NCBI GenBank assembly: GCA_963699755.1
Contig: CAVOVB010000001.1
Span: forward strand, 1,312,001-1,376,000
From: an uncultured delta proteobacterium
GTDB taxonomy: Bacteria > Myxococcota_A > Polyangia > Polyangiales > Houyiibacteriaceae
DNA length: 64,000 nucleotides
Direction: 5' to 3'
The notes beneath the pieces are model-generated. The model was given only the letters and a program-made list of their open reading frames with translations. It was not told where the DNA came from and ran no database searches. Positions within the stretch are counted from its first letter, which is position 1. Each line of letters starts with the position of its first letter. Below, in pieces: positions 41,333 to 50,462 of the stretch. Made by a program: the position numbers and the translations under genes.

Positions 41333-42522
41333 TGCGACTTGCCGCTCTGATAGGCCTACTGCTCTGGGCCCCATCGATCGCGTCCGCTCAGCAGGACCAA
41401 ACTGTCGTCAACCGGGTTCTCGGAAACGTCCCCGATCTCGCAACGTCAGTGGTCGACCCTGAGCTCCCCAAGGGGACGATCCGGGTAGAGGTGGTCGACC
41501 CGAACGGAGGCGCCGTTCCGGATCAAGCGGTGCGCCTCGGCATGATGGAGCAATCGGGCGGTCGCGAGAGCAAGGCATGCGTAACCGACGACGCGGGTAG
41601 TTGCTCGTTCGACGAGCTCCCTACGGACGCCAAGAATTCCTATCGAGTGAACGTACCGTACAACGGCGCGCTTTACGGCGGTTTGCCGTTTCGCCTAGAC
41701 GCAGAGAAGGGCCAGCGCGTGCGGGTAGTCCGGCTCCCGACCACGACCGACGACCAGCGCATCTTCCAGGTGCTCGGCCGCACGATGATCGAATTCCGCG
41801 AAGGCCGCGCTCGGGTCAGTCAGGACGCTCGGCTGACGAACCTCGGCGATTCGACGTACGTATTTCCGGACGGCGGTCTGCAAATTCCCTTGCCCAACGG
41901 CTTCAAGGCCTTCGACGCGATGAAGGTCATGACCGACCAGCGGGTCAGCGCGACCGATGACGGCCTCGAAATCAGCGGTTCGATCCCGCCCGGCCGTGCC
42001 GATCTGCGCTGGGCGTACGACATTCCGGTCGGTGGCACGACCTTGTCCATTCGGCAGGCTGTGCCCTTTGCCACGATGGAGTATCAGGTCGTCAGCGACT
42101 ACATCGAAGGCATGACGCTCGAAGTCGAGGGCTTTCAGGTCGCCCGGGTGCACGAGGGCGGCGACCGCCGGTTTCTCGTTGCGGGCGTGATGCGGAGCCC
42201 CGGTGATCCACCGATCGATCCCTTGAAGATTCACATTCGCGGCATTCCTGGCCAGGGCCCCCTCCCCTATCTCGCCGCCGCGATCGCAGCGATCTTCGTC
42301 TTATTGGGAATTTGGCTCTTTTTTAGCCCGTCCGATCAGACCGCGGTTCTCGAGAAGGTACGCCAAGATCGCCGGGCGGAGCTCCTGGAGGATATCGCCT
42401 CCTTGGAAAGCCAGCGGAACGCAGGGGCCGTTGGGCCGAGCTTCTACGAGCATCGTCGGCGCGAATTGACCGATGAGCTAGCAATCGTGCTTCGCATGCA
42501 AAGCGAGGGCGCAGGTCATTGA
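41329..42522 (+). CDS. Secreted beta-sandwich protein with C-terminal TM and helical tail
   Basis: Signal ASA|Q; GTIRVEVVD..G, TDDAG...FDELP (carboxypeptidase-regulatory-like); TM; tail RRAELLEDIASLE...G...Y..RR.EL. Confidence 0.7.
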   Translation: MMRLAALIGLLLWAPSIASAQQDQTVVNRVLGNVPDLATSVVDPELPKGTIRVEVVDPNGGAVPDQAVRLGMMEQSGGRESKACVTDDAGSCSFDELPTDAKNSYRVNVPYNGALYGGLPFRLDAEKGQRVRVVRLPTTTDDQRIFQVLGRTMIEFREGRARVSQDARLTNLGDSTYVFPDGGLQIPLPNGFKAFDAMKVMTDQRVSATDDGLEISGSIPPGRADLRWAYDIPVGGTTLSIRQAVPFATMEYQVVSDYIEGMTLEVEGFQVARVHEGGDRRFLVAGVMRSPGDPPIDPLKIHIRGIPGQGPLPYLAAAIAAIFVLLGIWLFFSPSDQTAVLEKVRQDRRAELLEDIASLESQRNAGAVGPSFYEHRRRELTDELAIVLRMQSEGAGH

Positions 42523-42581
42523 TCCGCGGCGCAAGGCCGCGTATGTTCGCCGCCCATTGCGGTTGGAAGAATAGGGGAGCC

Positions 42582-43016
42582 ATGGCAGAAGGCCTTAATC
42601 GTGTGACGCTCATCGGGAACCTCGGTGCCGACCCAGAGCTCAAGTACACCCAGGGCGGGCAAGCCGTGCTACGCCTGCGCTTAGCCACCACCGAGTCATA
42701 TGCGAATCGTGCGGGCGAGCGCCAGCAGCGCACCGACTGGCACACTGTCATCGTCTGGGGCAAGCGGGGCGAAGCCCTCAACAACATCCTCTCCAAGGGC
42801 CGAAGCATCTGCGTCGAGGGCCGGATTCAATACCGCCAGTGGGAAGACAAAGACGGCAACAAGCGCAACGCGACCGAGATCGTAGCTCAGAACATCGTTC
42901 TGCTAGGTGGCGGCGGCGGCCGAGGCCGTGACTCGGGAGCACCCGGCGACTTTGGTGGCGGCGGCGGTAGCGAACCTCCGACGGATGACTTCGGGGACGA
43001 CGACATCCCCTTCTAG
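42582..43016 (+). CDS. ssb: Single-stranded DNA-binding protein
   Basis: NRVTLIGNLGADPE, TDWH, VEGRI, Gly-rich linker, DDDIPF. Confidence 0.97.
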   Translation: MAEGLNRVTLIGNLGADPELKYTQGGQAVLRLRLATTESYANRAGERQQRTDWHTVIVWGKRGEALNNILSKGRSICVEGRIQYRQWEDKDGNKRNATEIVAQNIVLLGGGGGRGRDSGAPGDFGGGGGSEPPTDDFGDDDIPF

Positions 43017-43072
43017 ATTGGGCCGGACGACTTCGGCGGCGCTCTCTTGCGGCCAGCGGCCCATGCGATCGC

Positions 43073-43576
43073 TTACGGCTGCTGGACTGGGGGAGGGGTT
43101 GGGGCTCCGACCGGGGTGGCGGTGTGCGCGGCGGCTAGCGCCGCTTCGAGGGCGGCCTTTTCCGCTTTCTCGAGCTCCTTGGCTTGTCGCGCGATCCGAG
43201 TCCTCTCGGAGACGTACCCCGCTGAAGCTGCGACGACGACGGCGACTTCCAGCGCGAGCGCGATGACCGTGTAGATGTCGGGCTTGGCGCCCCGGACCAT
43301 CGCGAGAATCCGACCAGCAGAGAAACCGGCACCGCAGACGACGAACGTGAGGGCCGCCGCCAAGCGAAGCCTTTGGAATACTGCACCGAAAAGAGCGAAT
43401 GCGCCCAGGGCGCACCAAAGCCCAACGTTGACAGCCATCGATTCGATGTAGAGGGGCCCCCGGGACTCGTGCGCGAGTCCCATCCAGTCCGGCAGGAGCG
43501 CGCCCGCGAAGAACAATGAAAGCATGGCCCAGCCGATGGAACCGACGCCGAGAATGAAGAGCACGTTGCGCGCCAT
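43073..43576 (-). CDS. Membrane protein (DUF4345-like)
   Basis: Four hydrophobic segments, GRILAMVRGAKP...ALE. Start ATG 43576 or TTG 43606. Confidence 0.55.
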   Translation of the reverse strand: MARNVLFILGVGSIGWAMLSLFFAGALLPDWMGLAHESRGPLYIESMAVNVGLWCALGAFALFGAVFQRLRLAAALTFVVCGAGFSAGRILAMVRGAKPDIYTVIALALEVAVVVAASAGYVSERTRIARQAKELEKAEKAALEAALAAAHTATPVGAPTPPPVQQP

Positions 43577-43630
43577 GCGCTCAAGATAGCGCCGTTCGCT
43601 TTTCAATGAAAGTTAGTCCAATCTTTCGGC

Positions 43631-44392
43631 GTGCCGAAGGTCCGTGCCGATCTCCTCCTTGTAAGAAAGGGCCTCGTTTCGTCGCGGGCGAGAGCGCAGG
43701 CGTTGATTCTGGCTGGCAAGGTGTTCACGGCCGGCCGTCGTGTAGAAAAGAGCGGTGAGCTCTTCGACGGGGATGCGCCCCTCGACGTGCACGAACCCGC
43801 CCATTCCTACGTGTCTCGGGGTGGGGTGAAACTGGCGGGCGCACTCGAAGCCTTCGACTACGACCCCGCGGACAGAACGGCGGCGGATTTCGGTGCGTCC
43901 ACGGGAGGCTTCACCGATTGCTTGCTTCAGCGCGGCGCGGCGAAGGTTTTCGCCATCGACGTAGGCTACGGACAGCTACACAACAAGCTTCGGCAGGACG
44001 AGCGCGTTATCGTGATGGAGCGCTGCAACGCGCGCCACCTGACCTCGAACGATCTACCGGAACCGGTCGACCTGGTGGTGATCGACGCTTCTTTCATCGG
44101 GCTCGAGAAGCTTCTTCCGGCCGCGCGCGCTCTGTTGCGCCCCGAAGGTGAGGTTCTCGCCCTCGTCAAACCCCAGTTTCAAGTCGGTCATGGGAAGGTT
44201 GGCAAGGGCGGCGTGGTTCGGGATCCCGAGCACAGGCGGGAAGCCATCGAATCTGTGGTGGCTGACGCCGAGCGGCTCGGTTTCGAGCTCATCGCCCAAG
44301 CCGAGAGCGTGATCACCGGCCCGAAAGGGAATCAGGAGACGTTCATTCGTTTACGTCGCTCGGTGGCACCCGGTCCATCAGCCCGGGAATGA
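43631..44392 (+). CDS. tlyA: TlyA family rRNA 2'-O-methyltransferase
   Basis: S4-like start, YVSRGGVKL, DFGASTGGFTDCLLQ, DVGYGQL, LVKPQF, GPKGN.E. Confidence 0.95.
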   Translation: MPKVRADLLLVRKGLVSSRARAQALILAGKVFTAGRRVEKSGELFDGDAPLDVHEPAHSYVSRGGVKLAGALEAFDYDPADRTAADFGASTGGFTDCLLQRGAAKVFAIDVGYGQLHNKLRQDERVIVMERCNARHLTSNDLPEPVDLVVIDASFIGLEKLLPAARALLRPEGEVLALVKPQFQVGHGKVGKGGVVRDPEHRREAIESVVADAERLGFELIAQAESVITGPKGNQETFIRLRRSVAPGPSARE

Positions 44393-45008
44393 CTGGCATC
44401 CAGCCCTGTTCAACCTTGCTCTTTCGGACCTTGACCCACCAGACCTGTTCGCAGGCATCCGGGTCTTCTTCGCTCAGGCCCTCGAACGCATCGTCGAGGG
44501 TGCAGGGGGTCCAGCCCGGGCCTTCCTCTGTCCCGACCATGCACATGCCGCGGGAGTTGTAGAAGAGGAAGGAGCCAACCTCGCCTTCGGCAACCGCCAA
44601 GTGCCTTCGCTCTACCTGGATCCCCTGGTCCCAGACCTTGCGCTTCACGAAGAGGTCTCGCTTTGCTACGAGGCGCCGAGGCTTCGTGATGAGCAAGTCG
44701 CTATCTTCGACCCGGATGAGCTCACCTTCTTTCCAGGTGACGGTTGCCGTGACGAATGCTGCATGTGTCGGCTTCAGCTTGAGCTTCATCTTCTTGTACT
44801 GCGCGCCCCAGCGCAGGTCTCGATGCTCGGCAGGGTAGGGCCAGCTGTGCTTCGAGATGGCGTTCGACTTCAGGTCGTGGTCACATCCCAAGCGGAGCGC
44901 ATCGGGTTGCGGCGTTGCGCTGCCCGGAGAGCTGTCACCCTTCTTGCAGGCCGAGCCGAGGACGGCGGCCAGCAACAGAGCGGTGAGAATCGAGAAGGTT
45001 CGCGTCAT
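44343..45008 (-). CDS. Hypothetical lipoprotein
   Basis: MTRTFSILTALLLAAVLGSAC lipobox; WWVKVR...GW near the C-terminus. Confidence 0.65.
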   Translation of the reverse strand: MTRTFSILTALLLAAVLGSACKKGDSSPGSATPQPDALRLGCDHDLKSNAISKHSWPYPAEHRDLRWGAQYKKMKLKLKPTHAAFVTATVTWKEGELIRVEDSDLLITKPRRLVAKRDLFVKRKVWDQGIQVERRHLAVAEGEVGSFLFYNSRGMCMVGTEEGPGWTPCTLDDAFEGLSEEDPDACEQVWWVKVRKSKVEQGWMPVIPGLMDRVPPSDVNE

Positions 45009-45014
45009 GAGGGC

Positions 45015-45088
45015 TGGTTCCCGGGGGTGGATTCGAACCACCATTCACAGGTCCAAAGCCTGTTGTCCTGCCCTTAGACGACCCGGGA
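45015..45088 (-). tRNA. tRNA-Gln (anticodon UUG), CCA encoded
   Basis: tcccggg tcgtctaagggcaggac a acagg-ctTTGga-cctgt gaat ggtggttcgaatccacc cccggga acca; U1-A72 acceptor pair; TTCGAAT T-loop. Confidence 0.95.
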
Positions 45089-45199
45089 GCGATTCTCCTC
45101 ATAACACGCATGGGCGGCCCCTCAAGCTTCGGCCCCAGGTCTTGCAAGGATGCCCAGATTGGTGCGATACCGTTGGCGGCCCTTCGGCTTAGGAGCGCA

Positions 45200-45832
45200 A
45201 TGGGAAACGAGGATCACAAATTTCCCGATTGGCTACTTTGGTTCACGGAGCACGGGGTTCGCATCCTCATCTTGCTCGCGATCGCCTTCATGGCATTCGT
45301 CTACACCAAGAGTCGGTCGACGACCGAGGAGCGGCTTCACGCGATCGAAGATACCGTTCAGCACGGGCCTCCAAGCTCTTATGTCCCACCGGACTTGGAT
45401 GCCTACGCCGCTGCGGGTGTCTCCGTCAACTCGTTGACGCTGCACAGGGCCGTCTACGTGCCCGTCTACTCCCACATCTATTATGACGGTGGCCGCCCAT
45501 ACCTTCTAGAGACGATGCTCAGCATTCGCAACGTGGATCCGAAGCGCCGTGTCTACGTGAGTGCGGCGGACTACTACGACACCGATGGGAAACTCTCGCA
45601 GAGAAAGGTGGACCAGCTGATCAAGCTCGATCCCCTTCAGACCATCGAGTTTCTCGTCAAGCGGCACGACATCTCCGGAGGCTCCGGCGCGAACTTCATC
45701 GTCGAGTGGCATGCGGAATCGAATGAAACACACGCGCCACTGGTCGAGGCGGTGATGGTGGGGCGCTCGGGGACCAATGCGATCTCCTTCGTGCGCAAGG
45801 GCGAGCCGCTGCCGGAGTGGACGCCGAAATAG
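45200..45832 (+). CDS. DUF3124 domain protein
   Basis: VYVPVYSHIY, LSIRN.D, DYYDT.G, GGSGANFIVEW, PLVEAVM. Confidence 0.88.
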   Translation: MGNEDHKFPDWLLWFTEHGVRILILLAIAFMAFVYTKSRSTTEERLHAIEDTVQHGPPSSYVPPDLDAYAAAGVSVNSLTLHRAVYVPVYSHIYYDGGRPYLLETMLSIRNVDPKRRVYVSAADYYDTDGKLSQRKVDQLIKLDPLQTIEFLVKRHDISGGSGANFIVEWHAESNETHAPLVEAVMVGRSGTNAISFVRKGEPLPEWTPK

Positions 45833-45855
45833 GCGGATGACCTCATGACCGTCCC

Positions 45856-46698
45856 CTAGTGCGCGGACAGGCGTTTCTTGAAGTAGAGCTTTGCCGTGGG
45901 GAACGCGACTGCGAATACGACGAACATGCAGACTGCGACAGTCATCAGCACCCGTGGGTCATCCTCGAAGTTTGCCGTGGCGATTGTGGCCGCCGCGCCG
46001 ATGTTTCGCGCCGTCGTGATCAGGCCCAGGGTCACCTTGCCCTTCTTCCCGCCAGGGCCGAGAAGGTATCCGACCGCGAAGGCAGCGAGCGTGAGGACGA
46101 TGGCGGAGGTGACCGCGCCGGTGCCAATGATGGCAGCCAAGGAGTCTCCGTGGAGTGCGACTGCGAGTACGAGGAAAACGAGAAGCGATAGGTTGACGAC
46201 GATATGTGCAGGCTTGAGCACGCGTGCTGCCGTGCGGTCGCTGAAGTGTCGAACCGCCAACCCGATCACCAAGGGAACGAACATCTGGAGGAGAAGCGGC
46301 TTGGCGATCGCCCAGATACCGATCTCCGTTCCGGGTATGAGAAACGGCAGCACCAGCGGCATGTAGATGATCGTGAGCACGGTCAGCAGCATCGTTGCGG
46401 CGATCGAGCTGGGCACGTCGCCTGCCGCGGCGCCGACCAGCTTGGGCGTATAGGGTGCGCCGGACGCAAACCCGTACAGGAGGACACCGATCATGTATGG
46501 ACCCTCGAGCGGGAACAAGATGCTCATCACGTAGACGATGAGAGGCGTCACGACCAGATTTGCGATCAAGGCCCTAGCCACGACCGGGCCGTTCCTCAGA
46601 GGCTGCAACACTTGTTCGAACGTCACCTCGAGACCGGCGGTGAAGAGCACCCCCGCGATGAACAGCACAATGGAAAGGTTGAGGATGATCTCGAGCAT
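45856..46698 (-). CDS. Bile acid:sodium symporter family protein
   Basis: ALIANLV..P, GAP..PKL...A.GD, PLVIGL, RNIGAA. Confidence 0.85.
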   Translation of the reverse strand: MLEIILNLSIVLFIAGVLFTAGLEVTFEQVLQPLRNGPVVARALIANLVVTPLIVYVMSILFPLEGPYMIGVLLYGFASGAPYTPKLVGAAAGDVPSSIAATMLLTVLTIIYMPLVLPFLIPGTEIGIWAIAKPLLLQMFVPLVIGLAVRHFSDRTAARVLKPAHIVVNLSLLVFLVLAVALHGDSLAAIIGTGAVTSAIVLTLAAFAVGYLLGPGGKKGKVTLGLITTARNIGAAATIATANFEDDPRVLMTVAVCMFVVFAVAFPTAKLYFKKRLSAH

Positions 46699-46814
46699 CT
46701 GTCGACCGGACGTCTTGTAACACCAGTGCCAGTGCCGCTGCCAGCGTGCGCGTGAGCCTCCGCGCTTCGCCATCGGCGCCGGTGCAGCTGACCGGATCTG
46801 CTATTCTCGCTAGC

Positions 46815-47795
46815 ATGATGATCGGGACGGTCTCGGCCAAGACGCTGATCGGGGTCTTCGTCCTTGGGGCGGTGGCCGGCTGCAACGCGGAGAACAAGAC
46901 ACCTGCAGGCTATCAGGGGATCATCGAGCACGACGACCGGCACCTCGGTTTTCGCGTCGGCGGCCAGCTTCGCGAGATGCGCTTCAATCGTGGCGACGTC
47001 GTCGAAGAAGGTGCTCTCATCGCGGTGCTCGATGACACGGCCGAGCTTCCGATCTTACTGGCCCGCGAGGCGGACTTAGCGCGGGCCCGGGCCAATGCGG
47101 CATTGGTCTATGCAGGGCCTCGCGTCGAGGAAGTGCGTTCCACAATGGCAGAGCTCGATGGCGCCCGCGCTGTGCTGCGTGAAGCTCGGATCAACCTCGA
47201 CAGGAACCGAAAGCTCCTCGAGCAGGCGGCGGTCTCGCGATCACTCGTTTCCGAGAACGAGGCGAAGTACGGACAGTCCAAGGCGCAGGTACGAATGCTA
47301 CAGGAGCGGTTGCGACAGATGCGCGAGGGCGCCCGGCCCGAGGAGCTCGCCGCGTCGGACGCCGCGGTCATCGCCGCTGAGGCCGCGGTCGAGGCCGAAA
47401 AAGAGCGCTTGGCCCTCTATTCTTTGCATGCCTCCGAACGCGTGACCGTGCTCGACGTCCCAGTGAGAGTCGGCGAGGTGGTGGCCGCTGGTGCCACGGT
47501 GGTGACTGTGGCCGATACGCGGCACCCCTACGTGGACGTCTTCGTACCACAGCAGTCCCTCGCCGGGCTCGAGGTGGGCCTCGCCGCGAACGTTCGGGTC
47601 GATGCAGAGAGCGGCCCCTTCGACGGAGTGATAGAACACATTGCACCGACGACCGAGTTCACACCGAGATACCTCTTTTCGCCCACGGAGCGCCCCAATT
47701 TAGTCGTTCGGGTGCGCGTTCGGATCAGCGACCCGGACGAGCGCCTACACGCTGGGGTGCCCGCGTTCGCGGCCTTTGAGACGAAGGGCGAATAG
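46815..47795 (+). CDS. HlyD-family periplasmic adaptor (YbhG-like)
   Basis: Lipobox VAGC; G.R.EE repeats; IAPTTEFTPR. Confidence 0.88.
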   Translation: MMIGTVSAKTLIGVFVLGAVAGCNAENKTPAGYQGIIEHDDRHLGFRVGGQLREMRFNRGDVVEEGALIAVLDDTAELPILLAREADLARARANAALVYAGPRVEEVRSTMAELDGARAVLREARINLDRNRKLLEQAAVSRSLVSENEAKYGQSKAQVRMLQERLRQMREGARPEELAASDAAVIAAEAAVEAEKERLALYSLHASERVTVLDVPVRVGEVVAAGATVVTVADTRHPYVDVFVPQQSLAGLEVGLAANVRVDAESGPFDGVIEHIAPTTEFTPRYLFSPTERPNLVVRVRVRISDPDERLHAGVPAFAAFETKGE

Positions 47796-47797
47796 GG

Positions 47798-48736
47798 GTG
47801 GAAGACCCCGTTGTCGCCGAGGGGCTCTGTCGACGTTTCGGGAAGATCATCGCAGTTCACGACGTGAGCTTTCGCGTTCGTCGCGGCGAAATTTTCGGTC
47901 TCCTCGGCCCCAATGGCGCCGGCAAGTCGACGACGCTGCGCATGCTCTGCGGGATCCTCGACCCTAGTGGCGGCCGCGCGACAGTCGTCGGCTTCGATGT
48001 CGCGACCGAGGCGGAGCAGGTCAAGCAGAACATCGGCTACATGACCCAGCGTTTTAGTCTCTACGAGGACCTCACCGTAGAGGAGAACCTGAAGTTCTAT
48101 GCGGGGATCTATGGGTTGAGCCGAGCTGAGCGTGGGGCGCGGATTCCGGCGGAGCTCGACCGCGCGGGACTGAACGAGAGGCGAAACCAGATTAGCGGAA
48201 CCCTTTCCGGGGGTTGGAAGCAGCGCCTTGCCCTAGTCTGCGCGACGATTCACCAACCGCCGCTCTTGTTTCTTGATGAGCCAACCGCAGGTGTGGACCC
48301 AGTGAGCCGCAGGGAATTCTGGTCCCATATCCACAGCATTGCCGCGGCCGGCACCACGGTCATGGTGACAACGCACTACATGGACGAGGCGGAGCGATGT
48401 CATCGGCTGGCCTTCATTTTTCGAGGCACCCTTCTAGACATCGGAACGCCGGCGGAAGTCGTCGAGCGGAGAGAAATCCGTGTTGCTCTGATTTCGACCA
48501 AGAACGTGGATGCGGCGATGGATCTGCTGATCGTCCATCCAGCCGTCGATGAGGTCGCCCCGTTTGGTGACCGTCTTCGACTTGCCACTCTCGGTGGCGT
48601 CGACCCGGTGGCACTTGCACAGAAGGTCCTAAGTGAAGGTACGGGCGTCGTCGATGGCCGCGAGATCGTGCCCAATGTCGAGGACGCATTCGTGGCAATG
48701 GTTCACGCCGAAGCGCGGAACGGAGACAGCCGATGA
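47798..48736 (+). CDS. ABC transporter ATP-binding protein
   Basis: GPNGAGKST, LSGGWKQR, LDEPTAGVDP, TTHYMDEA. Confidence 0.95.
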   Translation: MEDPVVAEGLCRRFGKIIAVHDVSFRVRRGEIFGLLGPNGAGKSTTLRMLCGILDPSGGRATVVGFDVATEAEQVKQNIGYMTQRFSLYEDLTVEENLKFYAGIYGLSRAERGARIPAELDRAGLNERRNQISGTLSGGWKQRLALVCATIHQPPLLFLDEPTAGVDPVSRREFWSHIHSIAAAGTTVMVTTHYMDEAERCHRLAFIFRGTLLDIGTPAEVVERREIRVALISTKNVDAAMDLLIVHPAVDEVAPFGDRLRLATLGGVDPVALAQKVLSEGTGVVDGREIVPNVEDAFVAMVHAEARNGDSR

Positions 48737-49863
48737 ACCGAATGCTGTCGATCGCATGGAAGGAGATGATCCAAGCTCGGCGCGACCGTCTCACCATGGG
48801 AATGATGTTCGGCATCCCGATCATCCAGCTGCTGCTCTTTGGTTACGCGATCAACACGGACGTTCGAAACATCGCGACCGTAGTCTACGATCAGGATCAC
48901 TCGGAAGAGTCGCGAGGTTTCGTGAGGCGCATGGAAGCTACCGGCTTCTATTTTGTCGTCGGCCACGTAGAGAGCTACGAGCAGATCGGGGTGGCGATGA
49001 GGTCTCGGGATGCCATGGTGGCGCTGGTCGTACCACCTCGCTTCGGCGCCGAAGTCGAAGCGGGAAGGCCGGCTCAGCTTCAACTCGTCGTCGACGGCTC
49101 CGACCCGCAAGTCGTTGCAAGTGCGACGAACACAGCCATGTCACTCGCTTCGGCGCGCTCGTCCGAGCTCAGCGTCGCGCGACTCCAGCGGCTCGGACTG
49201 CCGGCCGCCGCGCCCTCTCAGGTGATCGCCTTGGAGCCCGCGACTTGGTACAACCAGGACCTTCGCACCGCGGTGTTCATCGTGCCTGGTCTTGTTGGCG
49301 TGATCCTCACCATGACCTTGGTGATGTTCACAGCGATGGCGATCGCTCGCGAGAGAGAGCGCGGCACTCTGGAACAGCTGATTGTGTCGCCTATTCGGAG
49401 CGTCGAGCTGACAGTCGGCAAGATTCTTCCCTACATCGCGGTGGGGTACGTGCAGATGAGCCTGATCCTGGGGGTGGGGTCCTTGGTCTTCGACGTCCCC
49501 GTCGTCGGCTCGGTCGGCCTTCTCTACTTGCTCTCCGTGTTCTTCATCGCCGCCAGCCTTGCGGTTGGCTTCCTATTCTCGACGATTGCAAAAACGCAGC
49601 AGCAAGCGATGCAGATGTCGTTCTTCTTTTTGCTGCCGAACATTCTCTTGTCTGGTTTCATGTTTCCCTGGGAAGCGATGCCGGCTCCCGCACGATGGCT
49701 AGCTACGATCCTTCCGTTGACGCACTATCTACGCGTCGTCCGCGGCATCGTCCTCAAGGGCGCTTCCCTCGCAGAGCTCCGAGCGGAGCTGATTTGGCTG
49801 GCCGGTATCGCCCTGTTCCTGATCATCGTCGCCTCGATGCGTTTCCAGAAGAAGCTCGACTAA
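48733..49863 (+). CDS. ABC-2 permease (YbhS/YbhR-like)
   Basis: QLLLFGYAI, RERERGTLEQL..SP, LSGFMFP, PLTHYL. Confidence 0.93.
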   Translation: MNRMLSIAWKEMIQARRDRLTMGMMFGIPIIQLLLFGYAINTDVRNIATVVYDQDHSEESRGFVRRMEATGFYFVVGHVESYEQIGVAMRSRDAMVALVVPPRFGAEVEAGRPAQLQLVVDGSDPQVVASATNTAMSLASARSSELSVARLQRLGLPAAAPSQVIALEPATWYNQDLRTAVFIVPGLVGVILTMTLVMFTAMAIARERERGTLEQLIVSPIRSVELTVGKILPYIAVGYVQMSLILGVGSLVFDVPVVGSVGLLYLLSVFFIAASLAVGFLFSTIAKTQQQAMQMSFFFLLPNILLSGFMFPWEAMPAPARWLATILPLTHYLRVVRGIVLKGASLAELRAELIWLAGIALFLIIVASMRFQKKLD

Positions 49864-50462
49864 AACGACGAGCCGGGCTGCCGGAGGAAATCCAGCTCTT
49901 CGGTGCTGGATGCTCGCCCGAGGATCTGGTTGCGGTGAGGATAGCGGCCAAAGCGTTCGATGATGGCGCGATGGCGTTTCGCGAAGTCTAGGTAGTACTC
50001 AGCGTCGGCTTTCAGCTCGTCAGGAGCGCTCTTGCAAAGGCGCTTGAACAGCTGGTCGCAGCGCTCATGGTCCTGCCGCTCCTCACTATGCTCGAGTGGC
50101 AAGTAAAAAAATACCCGCTCGTCGAATGAGAGCTCGTCGTCGAATCCCGCATCGAGGCCTTCATAGCAGACCTCGCGAGCTAGCTCGTCTGCAGCGAACA
50201 TCTCCGCGGTGCCTCGGAACATGTTCCTCGAAAACTGGTCGAGCACGATGATGTAAGCGAGAGCGCCACGCGCACTGCGTCGCCATGGCTCGCGGTCGCC
50301 CGCCACGATTGCTTCGTAGTCAGTCAGAAACTCCGATCGGATCGCTTCGTCGAAGGCGTCGGATTTCGTCCACCACAGCTTTCGCTGGCTGGGGCTGGCG
50401 CAACCCAGCTCGTTGAGCGCCCCGAACCAGAAATCCAACACGACTTCGATTCGATCAGTCAT
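49860..50462 (-). CDS. DUF924 family protein
   Basis: VLDFWF, IIVLDQFSRNMFR, FFYLPLEHSE, FGRYPHRN..LGR.S..EE. Confidence 0.92.
   Translation of the reverse strand: MTDRIEVVLDFWFGALNELGCASPSQRKLWWTKSDAFDEAIRSEFLTDYEAIVAGDREPWRRSARGALAYIIVLDQFSRNMFRGTAEMFAADELAREVCYEGLDAGFDDELSFDERVFFYLPLEHSEERQDHERCDQLFKRLCKSAPDELKADAEYYLDFAKRHRAIIERFGRYPHRNQILGRASSTEELDFLRQPGSSF

Noticed and set aside
43017..43040. In-frame PDDFGG after the ssb TAG, echoing the SSB tail (possible readthrough)
   Set aside because: SSB needs a free terminal DDDIPF; a short match in GC-rich DNA is better explained by chance, a small duplication or a weak hairpin.
45015..49863. Genomic island at tRNA-Gln
   Set aside because: No integrase, no duplicated tRNA 3' end noticed, no evident composition shift.
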